IMG/VR virus record: IMGVR_UViG_3300047160_035177
Location: 209-64,208 of that record
Source of the DNA: a virus
Lineage: Duplodnaviria; Caudoviricetes
DNA: 64,000 nt
Reading direction: 5' to 3' (one strand)
Shown: piece after piece, positions 17,390-26,962 of the stretch
Layout: every line of letters begins with the position of its first letter
How positions within the stretch are numbered: the stretch's first letter is position 1
The notes under the pieces: model-generated
Seen by the model: the letters and a program-made list of their open reading frames with translations, nothing else
The model's database searches: none
What the model was told of the DNA's origin: nothing
Position numbers and translations under genes: made by a program

Positions 17390-17730
17390 TCTACGAATAC
17401 GCGATCGTCGACGTCGAGATTCGATCTCCCACTTTTGAATCCGACGCAGAAGAAACCATGGAGCATTTCGACAAGTTGGGCGGTCAAGGCTGGGAATTGG
17501 TTTCCGTCAATGGCGGCGCCGCGTTTTTCCGTAGAAAGAAGGTGCACGAAATCGAAGAACAAAAACCGCGAGCATCCTTCGATGATGTCGTTTCTCTCAT
17601 AGAGGATGTCCTTGCAGGCGCTGGATACAACGCTGAACGTGCTAAGCGAAATTATTCTGATCAAGTAATTCTGTTTACATCACGCCCTGACGGACCGAAG
17701 ATTCGTATTTTCGTTACGACAGACGAATAA
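17386..17730 (+). CDS. DUF4177-like protein
   Basis: LGGQGWELVSV motif; start at ATGA overlap. Confidence 0.55.
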   Translation: MIYEYAIVDVEIRSPTFESDAEETMEHFDKLGGQGWELVSVNGGAAFFRRKKVHEIEEQKPRASFDDVVSLIEDVLAGAGYNAERAKRNYSDQVILFTSRPDGPKIRIFVTTDE

Positions 17731-17795
17731 TACGGTTGACCGTCAATTGATTATCAGATAACAAACTGCCGCCGACTATCTAACTAGGAGCGCCA

Positions 17796-18605
17796 ATGCG
17801 CGAAATCAAAATCGTTCCGGGTGGAGCGCCCGCGAGAGTCCATGGGTTGGTAGCGGGACTATCAGGAAGCGGAAAGACGAGCTTTGCTGCTTCCGCACCC
17901 AAGCCCTTGTTCATCTCTGACGTCAACGAAGGCGGTTACAACACCCTCTTCGCGATGGATCCCGCGATCTGGTGGGATTCCAAGGTAGCGCCGGAAGTTC
18001 ATGCCATCGAGAAGTACACGGACATGTCCGAGGAGATCTCGAAGCTCGAGCAGATGGCCGCGAAGAAAACGTTTCCGTGGCAGACGCTCGTGATCGATCC
18101 CTTGTCCGTCTACGTCGATCGATTCCTGGGTGAATTGATGGCCCAGGATCTATACAAGGACAGCCGGAAGTACTACGGCGATCTTGCCTCCCACATCCAG
18201 GCGCTCGTCCGACGTGTGCATGCGCTTCCCTGCCACGTTCTATGGCTCTGCCACGTGAAGCACGATGGAAGCGAAGTGAACGGCCCTCACATCGGCGGTC
18301 AGATGGCTGAGAAGTTTCCCGCCTACTGCGATTTCAAGTGGCTTACCAACGTCGTAACTCAGCCTAACGCTCCACCAGTCTACGAGCTTCGAACGTTGCC
18401 TTACCGCACGTGGACTTTTCTAGGTGGCCGATGGCCCCTCTACGATCCGATGATTCCCAGCTTCAAGTGCATCTCGCAGCTTTTGGGCCTTGGCTCGCCG
18501 GTATCGCCTTCGGTTCCTGGATTCCCGAATGGCGTCACATACCCACCACGATCGGCTAATGCGCCAACGAATGGCGTTAATCAGCAACAAACAACAAACC
18601 CGTAG
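17796..18605 (+). CDS. AAA_24/Sak4-like recombination ATPase
   Basis: GLSGSGKTS Walker A; LVIDPLS Walker B; sits between nuclease and SSB genes. Confidence 0.8.
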   Translation: MREIKIVPGGAPARVHGLVAGLSGSGKTSFAASAPKPLFISDVNEGGYNTLFAMDPAIWWDSKVAPEVHAIEKYTDMSEEISKLEQMAAKKTFPWQTLVIDPLSVYVDRFLGELMAQDLYKDSRKYYGDLASHIQALVRRVHALPCHVLWLCHVKHDGSEVNGPHIGGQMAEKFPAYCDFKWLTNVVTQPNAPPVYELRTLPYRTWTFLGGRWPLYDPMIPSFKCISQLLGLGSPVSPSVPGFPNGVTYPPRSANAPTNGVNQQQTTNP

Positions 18606-18614
18606 GAGACAGCC

Positions 18615-19220
18615 ATGAAGATCGGATTTGACTACCGCAACACGTCGCCTTGGGGCGGAGGCTTCGCTGAGTTACCGCCGGGCGAAGACTATATTTTCCG
18701 CATCACCGCCGCGGAGATGAAGACCAGCTCGAAGGGGAACGCCCAGGTTCAAATCAAGGTTGAAGTCTGCAACGACAACGAGCTGAAGGGTCGGCAGAAA
18801 TCTTTTTTCTATCCAGCGACCGAGAAGGGAATGGGGCGGATGATGTCCCTGATCGTCGCGACCGGGATTCCTCTGGACGCGAACGGCCAGCCAGACACGG
18901 ACGATTTTATCGACAAGTACTTTTGCGCCGATGTCATCAACGATCCCTACGCCAAGACCGACCCACGCACGGGCGAAGTTGTCATGGTTGATAGCTCCAA
19001 GGCTATGAACGAGCGACCGTTGCCGCAGCAAGGAACGACCCAGGCTGCCCCACAGCAAATGTTCCAGGCTCCAGCCCCGGTTGCGGCTCCGGTGCAGCAA
19101 TTCGTGCCCCAGGCTGTACCGCAGACCGTTGCAGCGCCTCGTCCCGTGGCCGCGCCCGCGATGGCTCGTCCGCAAGGCAATAACAACACCGCTTTCCCGC
19201 GTCCGCCAGTTCGTCAGTAG
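18615..19220 (+). CDS. DUF669-like single-stranded DNA-binding protein
   Basis: LPPGEDYIFRITAAEMKTSSKGN; Q/P/A-rich tail. Confidence 0.7.
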   Translation: MKIGFDYRNTSPWGGGFAELPPGEDYIFRITAAEMKTSSKGNAQVQIKVEVCNDNELKGRQKSFFYPATEKGMGRMMSLIVATGIPLDANGQPDTDDFIDKYFCADVINDPYAKTDPRTGEVVMVDSSKAMNERPLPQQGTTQAAPQQMFQAPAPVAAPVQQFVPQAVPQTVAAPRPVAAPAMARPQGNNNTAFPRPPVRQ

Positions 19221-19320
19221 CGCTCCTGGTGCTCGAGTAAAGCCTCGGTGGCTCGTGTTTACTTGAGCATTTCCTTCCCGTGTGGCCCCGAACGGGCGGA
19301 GCTTCGGGGCATTTAAAATC

Positions 19321-20823
19321 ATGATTCAACGCGATGAAAATGGGCAGGTAGTGCACAGCCGCGGACCTGGCGATTCTCCCAGTTGTGAGGGTTGCCCATG
19401 TTCCCGCGACGGCAAGCCTGGCAAGCCTGTGCGCGCATGGGGTGCCAAGGGCGGTCTAGCGATCGTCGCCGAAGGCCCCGGTAGTGAAGAGTTGATCCAG
19501 GGCTACCCACTCGTGGGTCCCACGGGTCGGCTGCTCAACGATGTTCTGCGTAAGGGAAAGATCGACCGACAACAGTGTTGGATCACCAACGCGCTTCTGT
19601 GCGCTCGTCCATCGATCGATCAGGACATGTTCCGAGCGATTGAACACTGCCGACCGCGGCTCGAAGCTGAGTTACAAACCGCGGCTCCTTCAGCGGTTCT
19701 CGCTCTTGGTGGAACGGCGGCTAAAAGCTTGAAGCTCCCGGTAACGGCGATTTCCGAAGCCCGGGGCACCGTCCAGTATTCTCCGTTCCTGCCTAACGTT
19801 CCCGTTATTACCTCACTACATCCTGCATCGCTCTTCAAAGGTGGCGCAGGTGAAGTAAAAGGCGGTGGGAAAAACAAGCAGAACGTCGACGCGCAAATGA
19901 TGTTTCTTCAGGCCGATGTCGAAAAGGCGGGAGGCGTTGCCTCCGGCGCAATTCCTGCTCAGTGGTCCGACGACATCAAGGTCATAACGTCCATCGAGGA
20001 AACCGCCGCCGAAGTTAAGGCAATCATCGAAGAAGCCCGTGCATGGTGCGCACTCGGTATCGATCTCGAGTGGAACAAAGATCGGATGATCACGTTTCTA
20101 GGCCTTGGCCACGGCGGCCGATCGATTTCGATTCCGTGGTTCCTCATGTCCGAAGAAGCGCTAAACGCTGCCGAAACGGCAATGGTCGATCCGACTCTGC
20201 CCAAGATCATCCACAATCTACAAGCGGACAAAGAGATTTGGGAACTATGCATAGGTCCCATGAATGGGAAGCTCATTGACACGATGTTGCTTCACCACGT
20301 TGGTTTTCCAGGACTCGCTCACGACTTGCAGCAGGTAGCTACTCAGTTTCTCGTCATCCCACCGTGGAAGACAGCTCACCGAGAAGAGCGGAAGAGCGTC
20401 GACAAGGCCTTGAAGCTCCGTGACCGCGAAGCAAAAAAGCTCGCCAAAAAGATGGATCGCATGAAAGCCCACGACGAACGTAACGCGCAGAAGAAGGCGG
20501 AAGCCGAAGAGCGCAAGGCTCAACGCGTAGCCGAACACGAAGCGCGCAACGCAGCCTCCGCGGCCGCAGGCCAAAAGCGCCGTGGCCGGCCGCCCAAGGT
20601 GCGTCCATCGCTAGACGCACCGCCGCCCACCCCCGTTGCCGTGGTGCCTCCAGAACCGCCTGCCGTTGCGCCCGCGGCTGAGATTCCCGTGGAGCCAACG
20701 CCAACGCCTCCTGTTCCTGACAGCCCCTTCGCAGCGCTGGCAGGAGCCCTCAAGAAGAAGCCCACCAAACGTCAACTCAACATCGTTGTTGTGGATGACG
20801 ACGGAAGCGAGCGGCCGGGATGA
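19321..20823 (+). CDS. polA: Split DNA polymerase A, N-terminal chain: family-4 uracil-DNA glycosylase-like domain plus 3'-5' exonuclease motifs I and II
   Basis: CEGCPC, AEGPGSEE, LVGPTG, TNALLC, HPASL; IDLEW (ExoI), HNLQAD (ExoII); charged and Pro-rich tail. Confidence 0.8.
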   Translation: MIQRDENGQVVHSRGPGDSPSCEGCPCSRDGKPGKPVRAWGAKGGLAIVAEGPGSEELIQGYPLVGPTGRLLNDVLRKGKIDRQQCWITNALLCARPSIDQDMFRAIEHCRPRLEAELQTAAPSAVLALGGTAAKSLKLPVTAISEARGTVQYSPFLPNVPVITSLHPASLFKGGAGEVKGGGKNKQNVDAQMMFLQADVEKAGGVASGAIPAQWSDDIKVITSIEETAAEVKAIIEEARAWCALGIDLEWNKDRMITFLGLGHGGRSISIPWFLMSEEALNAAETAMVDPTLPKIIHNLQADKEIWELCIGPMNGKLIDTMLLHHVGFPGLAHDLQQVATQFLVIPPWKTAHREERKSVDKALKLRDREAKKLAKKMDRMKAHDERNAQKKAEAEERKAQRVAEHEARNAASAAAGQKRRGRPPKVRPSLDAPPPTPVAVVPPEPPAVAPAAEIPVEPTPTPPVPDSPFAALAGALKKKPTKRQLNIVVVDDDGSERPG

Positions 20824-21635
20824 AAGCTCGGCCGTTTCTGAAGTGGGCGGGCGGCAAGAAACAGCTTCTACCTGAGTTGTTGAAGCGCGTTCAGATGAAG
20901 TCATATAGGACCTACTACGAACCGTTCTTAGGTGGTGGTGCTCTCTTCTTCGCGCTCGCGCCGAATCGAGCCGTGATCTGTGATGCGAATCTGCGTTTGA
21001 TTCAAACGTACAAAGCGGTGCGTGACTCGGTTGATCAAGTGATCGATATTCTTCGTTGGCATCAAGATCAGCATTCCGAAGAGCATTTCAAAGCAATGCG
21101 AAATATCGATGTAGATAACAAAGATAAGATCGCATGCGCCGGCTGGATGATTTATCTCAACAAGACCGGCTACAACGGTCTATATCGCGTCAACTCCAAG
21201 GGTCATTTCAATGTGCCCTTCGGCCGATACGCGAACCCCAAGATTCTGGATGAAGAGAACTTGCGTGCTTGCTCGGAGCTTCTCGGCCGCGCTGCGATTC
21301 GATGCCAAGATTTCCGAGAGAGCTTAGAGAATCCTATCGGCGGCGACTTCGTCTATCTAGATCCGCCCTACGTTCCCATCTCGGAAACATCTTCGTTCAC
21401 GTCGTACACCGCAGAAAAGTTCACCCACGAAGATCAGAAGGATCTAGCGGCCTACGCCGCGGAGCTGAAATCCCGCGGTGTCTCGGTGCTCCTCTCTAAC
21501 TCCTCGGCACCGTCCGTGACTGAAGATCTCTATCCATCCTTCAAGATCGAGAAAGTTAAAGGCCGTCGATCTATCAACTCCAAAGCCTCGAAACGCGGTC
21601 CCATCGATGAGTATCTGATCTCCACGGAGACGTAA
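20820..21635 (+). CDS. dam: DNA adenine methyltransferase (Dam/D12 class)
   Basis: FLKWAGGK, YYEPFLGGGALFF, VYLDPPY. Confidence 0.92.
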   Translation: MKARPFLKWAGGKKQLLPELLKRVQMKSYRTYYEPFLGGGALFFALAPNRAVICDANLRLIQTYKAVRDSVDQVIDILRWHQDQHSEEHFKAMRNIDVDNKDKIACAGWMIYLNKTGYNGLYRVNSKGHFNVPFGRYANPKILDEENLRACSELLGRAAIRCQDFRESLENPIGGDFVYLDPPYVPISETSSFTSYTAEKFTHEDQKDLAAYAAELKSRGVSVLLSNSSAPSVTEDLYPSFKIEKVKGRRSINSKASKRGPIDEYLISTET

Positions 21636-23206
21636 TGAAAATCTCGCCCGACATCATGAATGAAGGCGTTTACAACGCCCGCGACGTTCTCAGCACATGT
21701 CGTGTCTACCCGTTTCTTATCGATGCGGTCGAGCGCAGCGGCTGCACACAGGTCTACGAAGTTGACGAGCAGATGGCCCACCTTGCCCTGCAGATGACGC
21801 GCGTCGGTATGCCCGTATCTGCTTCGGAGCGGAAGCGGGCAGGCGATCACCTGCGAGAGCTTCGAGATCAAGCCGCCACCGATCTTGAAATAACGATGGA
21901 ATTGAATTGGGAAAGCTTCCTAACTTGGGTCGCCAAGCTTCAAGCCTCCAAGATTCGTAAGAACGAGCCCGCGTTGGGAACACCGCAGTTCGAAGGCGGT
22001 CCCGCACATTCGGAAGAAACGTCCTTCTACGCGCGGGTGGAAATTCGAAAAGAGCAGTTTCGAAAACTCATCGAGAAGCACGGTTGGGCGAAGAAGGGCT
22101 TGAACCTCGGCGCCAAGATTCAACAAGCCGCGTTGTTGCGCGCCTCGGGTGTTCCGCTCACGAAGACGACCCTGAAGAGCGCAATCCCCAAGGTCGACAA
22201 AGAAGTCCTCGAAGACATGCGGCAGTTTCCCGCGGCCAAGGCCTTCTTGCAGTGGTCTCTTACCTCCGCCGCGCTCCGCAACTTCGTGGACAATCTCGAT
22301 CTAGACGAAAACGGATTCATGCATCCGGAATGGGAGATCCACAAGATCTCCGGCCGCTGGGGTAGCAAACCGAACGTGCAGAACTGGAGCAAGCGCGCTG
22401 GGGGAGGCGTCGAGAATCTACGAAAGATGATCGTCGCCCCTGACGGTTACACCTTCGTTGGCGCTGATCAGAAGCAACTTGAAGCGCGGCTCATTGCTGC
22501 TGACTCCGGTGATCCATTCCTCAAAGGTGTCTTCGAACGCAACGAAGATATCCACTCTGCCATGGCCGGAGTTGCCTTCCCGACTGCATGGCCCAAGGCG
22601 GCCGAGACCTATATCGCTCACAAGAAAACGAAATGCGGGCCAAGTGATCTAGAGCCCAAGTGCGATATGTGCAAGCAACGGGACAAGATCCGCGATCTCA
22701 CCAAGCGCCTCGAATACGGCGGCTTCTACGGTGGTACCGATCAGACCCTGCACGAATCTTGCGTGAAAGATTTCCCCGAGCTTAAGCGGGGAGATGTCGT
22801 CAACTTCCTCGCCAACTTCAACAAGCAGATGCCTCGCGTTATGGCGTGGCGCGTAGATATCCTCGAGCAAGCCACCAAGGAAGGCGAGATCCGCTCGCCT
22901 ATACTAGGCCGTCGAGAATGCTTCCCGATGGGTCGTGTAGAGCCAACCGTGGCCTACAATTTCAGGCCGCAGTCCGGTGGCGCTGATCTCTGGGATCTCG
23001 GGGCGATCGAATTCTGTAAACGTTGGGATCAAAGAACGTGGGATGCCCGGATCTGCCACAACGGCCACGACTCAGTCCTGATCTTGTGCCGAGAAGACGT
23101 AGCGCCAAAGGTCGTCGAAGATGTCCACGCTTGTTGGGAACGAGATTGGAACGGCGTTCAGTTCCTCATGGATACTAAGGTAGGCAAAAGCTGGGCGGAC
23201 GTTTAA
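21635..23206 (+). CDS. polA: Split DNA polymerase A, C-terminal chain: ExoIII plus polymerase domain
   Basis: YNARD (ExoIII); ADQKQLEAR (motif A); KRLEYGGFYG (motif B); HDSV (motif C). Confidence 0.9.
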   Translation: MKISPDIMNEGVYNARDVLSTCRVYPFLIDAVERSGCTQVYEVDEQMAHLALQMTRVGMPVSASERKRAGDHLRELRDQAATDLEITMELNWESFLTWVAKLQASKIRKNEPALGTPQFEGGPAHSEETSFYARVEIRKEQFRKLIEKHGWAKKGLNLGAKIQQAALLRASGVPLTKTTLKSAIPKVDKEVLEDMRQFPAAKAFLQWSLTSAALRNFVDNLDLDENGFMHPEWEIHKISGRWGSKPNVQNWSKRAGGGVENLRKMIVAPDGYTFVGADQKQLEARLIAADSGDPFLKGVFERNEDIHSAMAGVAFPTAWPKAAETYIAHKKTKCGPSDLEPKCDMCKQRDKIRDLTKRLEYGGFYGGTDQTLHESCVKDFPELKRGDVVNFLANFNKQMPRVMAWRVDILEQATKEGEIRSPILGRRECFPMGRVEPTVAYNFRPQSGGADLWDLGAIEFCKRWDQRTWDARICHNGHDSVLILCREDVAPKVVEDVHACWERDWNGVQFLMDTKVGKSWADV

Positions 23207-23629
23207 ATGTACAACGGCGAACCACCGTTTATGAGCGGCTCTGATACTTCCGAAGCCGCCGCGGACTACATAAAAGAATTTGCGGGAACACAAAGACACT
23301 TCGTTCTTAAATTCTTTCTGCAACGAGGCTCTGAAGGCGCGACCGTCGACGAAGTTGAATTAGCGTGCGGCCTCAAGCATCAAAGCGCGTTCCCGCGAAT
23401 GCGCGAATTAGAGGGTATGGGTCAGATTGTCCGCCTTGTAGAAACGCGAAGGACTCGAAGCGGTTTGGAGTCCCATCTTTTTGTGATAATCAGTGAAGTT
23501 AACGAACGGGATACGATTCCATATCAGGAACGCCGTTTCATAACTCGAGATTTGTTCGAGATTCTGCTTCAACATTTAGATCCGGCGAAGCGTCAACATA
23601 TATGGGACCATGATTTGAAGGATGAATAA
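23207..23629 (+). CDS. Winged-helix DNA-binding protein
   Basis: GATVDEVELACGLKHQSAFPRMREL. Confidence 0.6.
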   Translation: MYNGEPPFMSGSDTSEAAADYIKEFAGTQRHFVLKFFLQRGSEGATVDEVELACGLKHQSAFPRMRELEGMGQIVRLVETRRTRSGLESHLFVIISEVNERDTIPYQERRFITRDLFEILLQHLDPAKRQHIWDHDLKDE

Positions 23630-23845
23630 ATGTCTGATCTCATCAACCATCCATCGCACTATACGAACCATCCCAGTGGTATCGAATGCATCGACGTTAC
23701 CGAGCATTACAACTTCAACATCGGGAACGCGATTAAGTACCTTTGGAGATGCGATGAGAAAGGCGCTCCGATAGAAGATCTCAAGAAAGCAGTTTGGTAC
23801 ATCAACCGTGAAATTGAGCGTCGGGGAAGATATGAGACCAGATAA
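23630..23845 (+). CDS. DUF3310 family phage protein
   Basis: INHPSHY...IECID...GNAIKYLWR...EDLKKAVWY. Confidence 0.85.
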   Translation: MSDLINHPSHYTNHPSGIECIDVTEHYNFNIGNAIKYLWRCDEKGAPIEDLKKAVWYINREIERRGRYETR

Positions 23846-24152
23846 CAAGCCGAAATCTTCCGTGGAATACGATCGGGAAATGTTCGAACACGGTGACATT
23901 GTCATCACCATCTCAACGGCCCGTGTAGAGAACCCTTGGGTATCTATCGCTTTCGGCCGCAAGAGCTTGGATCCAGCGCGTCCGTCGCCTTGGATCGCTT
24001 GGGAACGTCTCGATGAAATCGAGGATGCGATCGAGGCCTTGCGCGAAAGCGAAATGGGGCGACAAGCGGAGTACCGCACCGAGCAGCTTATCGAGCATCG
24101 ACAACGCCGCGAAGGCCGCAGCGGTTACAGGAACATCTGGAACGATCGTTGA
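23832..24152 (+). CDS. Hypothetical protein
   Basis: Start reassigned to the ATG after a purine-rich RBS. Confidence 0.55.
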   Translation: MRPDNKPKSSVEYDREMFEHGDIVITISTARVENPWVSIAFGRKSLDPARPSPWIAWERLDEIEDAIEALRESEMGRQAEYRTEQLIEHRQRREGRSGYRNIWNDR

Positions 24153-24430
24153 TGAAAGCTGAAAACGTCGAAGCGGCCCAGAAGATGCTCGAGAACTGTT
24201 GCGGCCGTGGCCCGAAACCAGATCTAGATAAGCTCGCTTCGTTGCTTGGTCTACCAGCGCCCCCGCAAACGTTCCTCTACACCAAAGAAATGTTGATCAT
24301 GCCTCGCAGCGGTATGCGCGCATTCTCACTGTGGGCGATGGAAAAATTGGGGTTTCAACCGCCCTACGCTCCAACGGATGCCCCACACGTGTTGTCGAAC
24401 CTCCTGGACACTCTTCGTATCGAGCGTTAA
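24149..24430 (+). CDS. Hypothetical protein
   Basis: Coupled ORF. Confidence 0.55.
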   Translation: MMKAENVEAAQKMLENCCGRGPKPDLDKLASLLGLPAPPQTFLYTKEMLIMPRSGMRAFSLWAMEKLGFQPPYAPTDAPHVLSNLLDTLRIER

Positions 24431-24439
24431 CCTCAAGGC

Positions 24440-24652
24440 ATGACGTTCGGCCAGATCAAGACGAAGAAGGAACTGCCGCGGAAGTTCGTTGTGGGCTCGC
24501 CTGTGCGTAAGCCTGCTCGTCTAAGCGTCACCGTCATGGCCAACACTGACAAGCTGGAGATGAACCGCAAGCGGATCGGGTCGAAGAAGACCGCACGAGG
24601 GATGCAACCCTTCAGCTCCGCTTCGTTGAACACTCCACCGATCTCCCGGTGA
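24440..24652 (+). CDS. Small basic hypothetical protein
   Basis: TAACCT-N6-ATG leaderless signature. Confidence 0.55.
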   Translation: MTFGQIKTKKELPRKFVVGSPVRKPARLSVTVMANTDKLEMNRKRIGSKKTARGMQPFSSASLNTPPISR

Positions 24653-25113
24653 TTCCGACGTCGACGCGGAAGATCGCGTCTTGCATCTTGCCTCGGCGCC
24701 AAGGCCGCGGATCTCTCTGGCAAGGTGGCGTCCAGCGCTTCTCGGCCGATGCGCCTTGTGTAGTAGCTTTGAAAGACGTTGATGCGGCGGTTCTTCTCGA
24801 ATGCGAAGCTGAGATCGACGTTGACGCTCCCGTGGTGCGTTACCTTCCTTTGGTGGATAGCGCTAGCGATCTTGATTACCTGCCGGAGCTGCACGACGTC
24901 GCCCGTGAGATGGCCATCACCATCCATCAAGGCGGAGACGTCGCAACGCTCTGCTACCAGGGCCGGAACCGCTCGGGGCTTCTCTCAGGGCTGATTCTTT
25001 ACGAGCTTGGGATGGACGGCCGCGATGCCGTGAAGCTCGTGCGGAAGCGACGCCGCAGGCACGCCCTTTCCACACCCGCGTTTGCGAAATACCTCAACGG
25101 ACTGGTAGGCTAA
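24649..25113 (+). CDS. Dual-specificity/tyrosine protein phosphatase
   Basis: CX5R loop LCYQGRNRSG; LVDSASD general-acid loop. Confidence 0.8.
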   Translation: MIPTSTRKIASCILPRRQGRGSLWQGGVQRFSADAPCVVALKDVDAAVLLECEAEIDVDAPVVRYLPLVDSASDLDYLPELHDVAREMAITIHQGGDVATLCYQGRNRSGLLSGLILYELGMDGRDAVKLVRKRRRRHALSTPAFAKYLNGLVG

Positions 25114-25118
25114 CCGAC

Positions 25119-25640
25119 GTGAGCGATACTTTCGCAGATTACCGAGGCTCTGCCGCCAAGGGCGGACCGCGCGTTGTGACATTCATTCCAACGGCGGTTG
25201 GCCAGATCCTGGCGAATTGCCCAACCTGCGCGGGTCGCTGGTCGCTGACCACGGTTACCGGCGAGGATTACAACTGCAATCCCGCCGAGCCCGGCAACGG
25301 TGGTCAACCCCTCGTGCTTGGCTGGTATGAGCTGCAGACCGAGGTGGATGTCTACTGGCAGCAAGTAAACCCGGCCGATGCCTGTAGCGTGGATCCTTAT
25401 TGTACCGGGCGTCTCCTGCGCGCTGGTGCCTGCATTGTTTTCTATGTCGACGCGGCCGAGCGCGATGGAATCGTCGTTCTAAAATTCGCTTCGATCACGC
25501 TCACGACAACCTATCCGCCTTCGGGGCTCGCTCGCATCAACCGCAGCGATACCATCTTGGGAACGCTCGTCACCGGCGAATCTGCCAACATCGAGCCCGC
25601 GCCGGCCTCGCCTGCTTGCACCCCGCGGCGACCGGTGTAG
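25119..25640 (+). CDS. Cys-containing beta-rich hypothetical protein
   Basis: TAGGCT-N7-GTG start; intact ORF. Confidence 0.6.
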   Translation: MSDTFADYRGSAAKGGPRVVTFIPTAVGQILANCPTCAGRWSLTTVTGEDYNCNPAEPGNGGQPLVLGWYELQTEVDVYWQQVNPADACSVDPYCTGRLLRAGACIVFYVDAAERDGIVVLKFASITLTTTYPPSGLARINRSDTILGTLVTGESANIEPAPASPACTPRRPV

Positions 25641-26255
25641 CTAGTACGGCAGAATCGGAATTTCTTTCGCCCGTTTCGGGATCGAGTCGCCTTCGATGGA
25701 ATCGATCCGCCCGAGATCGATGATCACGGGCTTTCCACGCAACAAGCCCCAGTTGTCGCTGTGCCAGTCTTCCCAGATGAATCCTAGGCGCGCCAAGGTC
25801 TTCACGCCTTCATTCACGGCCTCGAGCGCCTGACGCATCCGACGATCTGCCTCGGTGGGGCCTCGGTGCTCCGCCTCGCGCCACGAGATCTCGCGTAGAA
25901 CCGCCTCGTAGGTGTTCTCCCACGAGTCCGTCTCATCATCGTCGTCGGTGAATTCGTAAAGCTCATCGATCGGCGCGCCCCACGACGCAGGAAGCTTCTC
26001 TACACGATCGGCCTTGATGGCGTACCCTGACTTGAGGCGCCACACCACATGCACCGGGACGATCCACTGTGGTTGAGGCTTCTGGCCCGCTACCAGCCAG
26101 CACGCGAGCGCGTCGCCCGCATCATGCGTAACCTTAACGACACCATCCGGGACCGCATAGACGCACGCGTCTTCACCGCAACCTATCTTTTCTGAATTCG
26201 CGGTGAGGCCTAGAGCCTTCTCTTGGCTATCCGAAAGTTGAATCTTCCAAGTCAT
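25641..26255 (-). CDS. Atypical protein kinase-like protein
   Basis: KIGCGEDACVY Gly loop, VVKVT, DWHSDN catalytic loop, IIDLG; start at TAATG overlap. Confidence 0.75.
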   Translation of the reverse strand: MTWKIQLSDSQEKALGLTANSEKIGCGEDACVYAVPDGVVKVTHDAGDALACWLVAGQKPQPQWIVPVHVVWRLKSGYAIKADRVEKLPASWGAPIDELYEFTDDDDETDSWENTYEAVLREISWREAEHRGPTEADRRMRQALEAVNEGVKTLARLGFIWEDWHSDNWGLLRGKPVIIDLGRIDSIEGDSIPKRAKEIPILPY

Positions 26256-26947
26256 TACCGAACGGCCCAGGGTACCGGTCGCCCCGCGGGCCACGGCTGA
26301 TTTATCCCGGCGATCTTTAGATCGTTCGAGTCCAAAGCGTAAGCGATATTACCTTTGCAGGTTGTGCAAACCTGAGAGAATTTAAATTGCCCCAAGACAA
26401 CATCCATCTCACCGGGCGTGGGGAACCTACCTGTGCGGGCGCCGACATCGCGCATCGTTCCCAGGATCTGCGTCTGGATCTGTCTCCACTCAGAATCCTT
26501 GAAGCGAACGCCCATGGAGCAAGGTGGTCCGCCATCGATCCCGCGGTACTTGTGCGAGATCCACGTCTGCGCCCAACAGTTGGGACAGAACGGCCCCTCG
26601 CCATTTTCCTTGGTCAAGGCATCAACCCTTGGAGTCACCTTGGTGCCGCACGAGAGGCATGCGGCGGTGCCAGCCTGCACGGGCGTGTTGCCGGCCATCC
26701 CCTGTTGACCCATCTGCGCAAGCTGTTGCTGCGTCTCTTGCTGCCGAGAGACCATCATGTTGCCCTGCGCAGATCGCGGCGCGGGTCCCGTCTCGGCCTT
26801 GCGAACGCGGATCCCTTGGGGCATCCCACGAACGCCTTGCGTCCCGGGAGTCGGTCGCGACACGCGGATCGAAGTGTTCGGCGGAGTCACGACACGCGTT
26901 GTTGGTGCTTGCGTAGACTGCTGCCTAGTCCCAACTTTGATGCCCAT
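26255..26947 (-). CDS. Hypothetical protein with disordered N-terminus and Zn-binding CxxC pairs
   Basis: CLSC, CPNC, CTTC. Confidence 0.65.
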   Translation of the reverse strand: MGIKVGTRQQSTQAPTTRVVTPPNTSIRVSRPTPGTQGVRGMPQGIRVRKAETGPAPRSAQGNMMVSRQQETQQQLAQMGQQGMAGNTPVQAGTAACLSCGTKVTPRVDALTKENGEGPFCPNCWAQTWISHKYRGIDGGPPCSMGVRFKDSEWRQIQTQILGTMRDVGARTGRFPTPGEMDVVLGQFKFSQVCTTCKGNIAYALDSNDLKIAGINQPWPAGRPVPWAVR

Positions 26948-26962
26948 GTTCAAAACTTTATA

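Noticed and set aside
17796-18605. P-loop ATPase as the genome-packaging ATPase
   Set aside because: Motifs and context (between Cas4-like nuclease and SSB) fit AAA_24/Sak4, not the A32/FtsK family
20300-21700. Intein or group I intron splitting the polymerase
   Set aside because: No intein terminal residues or homing endonuclease; the insert is a normally coupled dam gene
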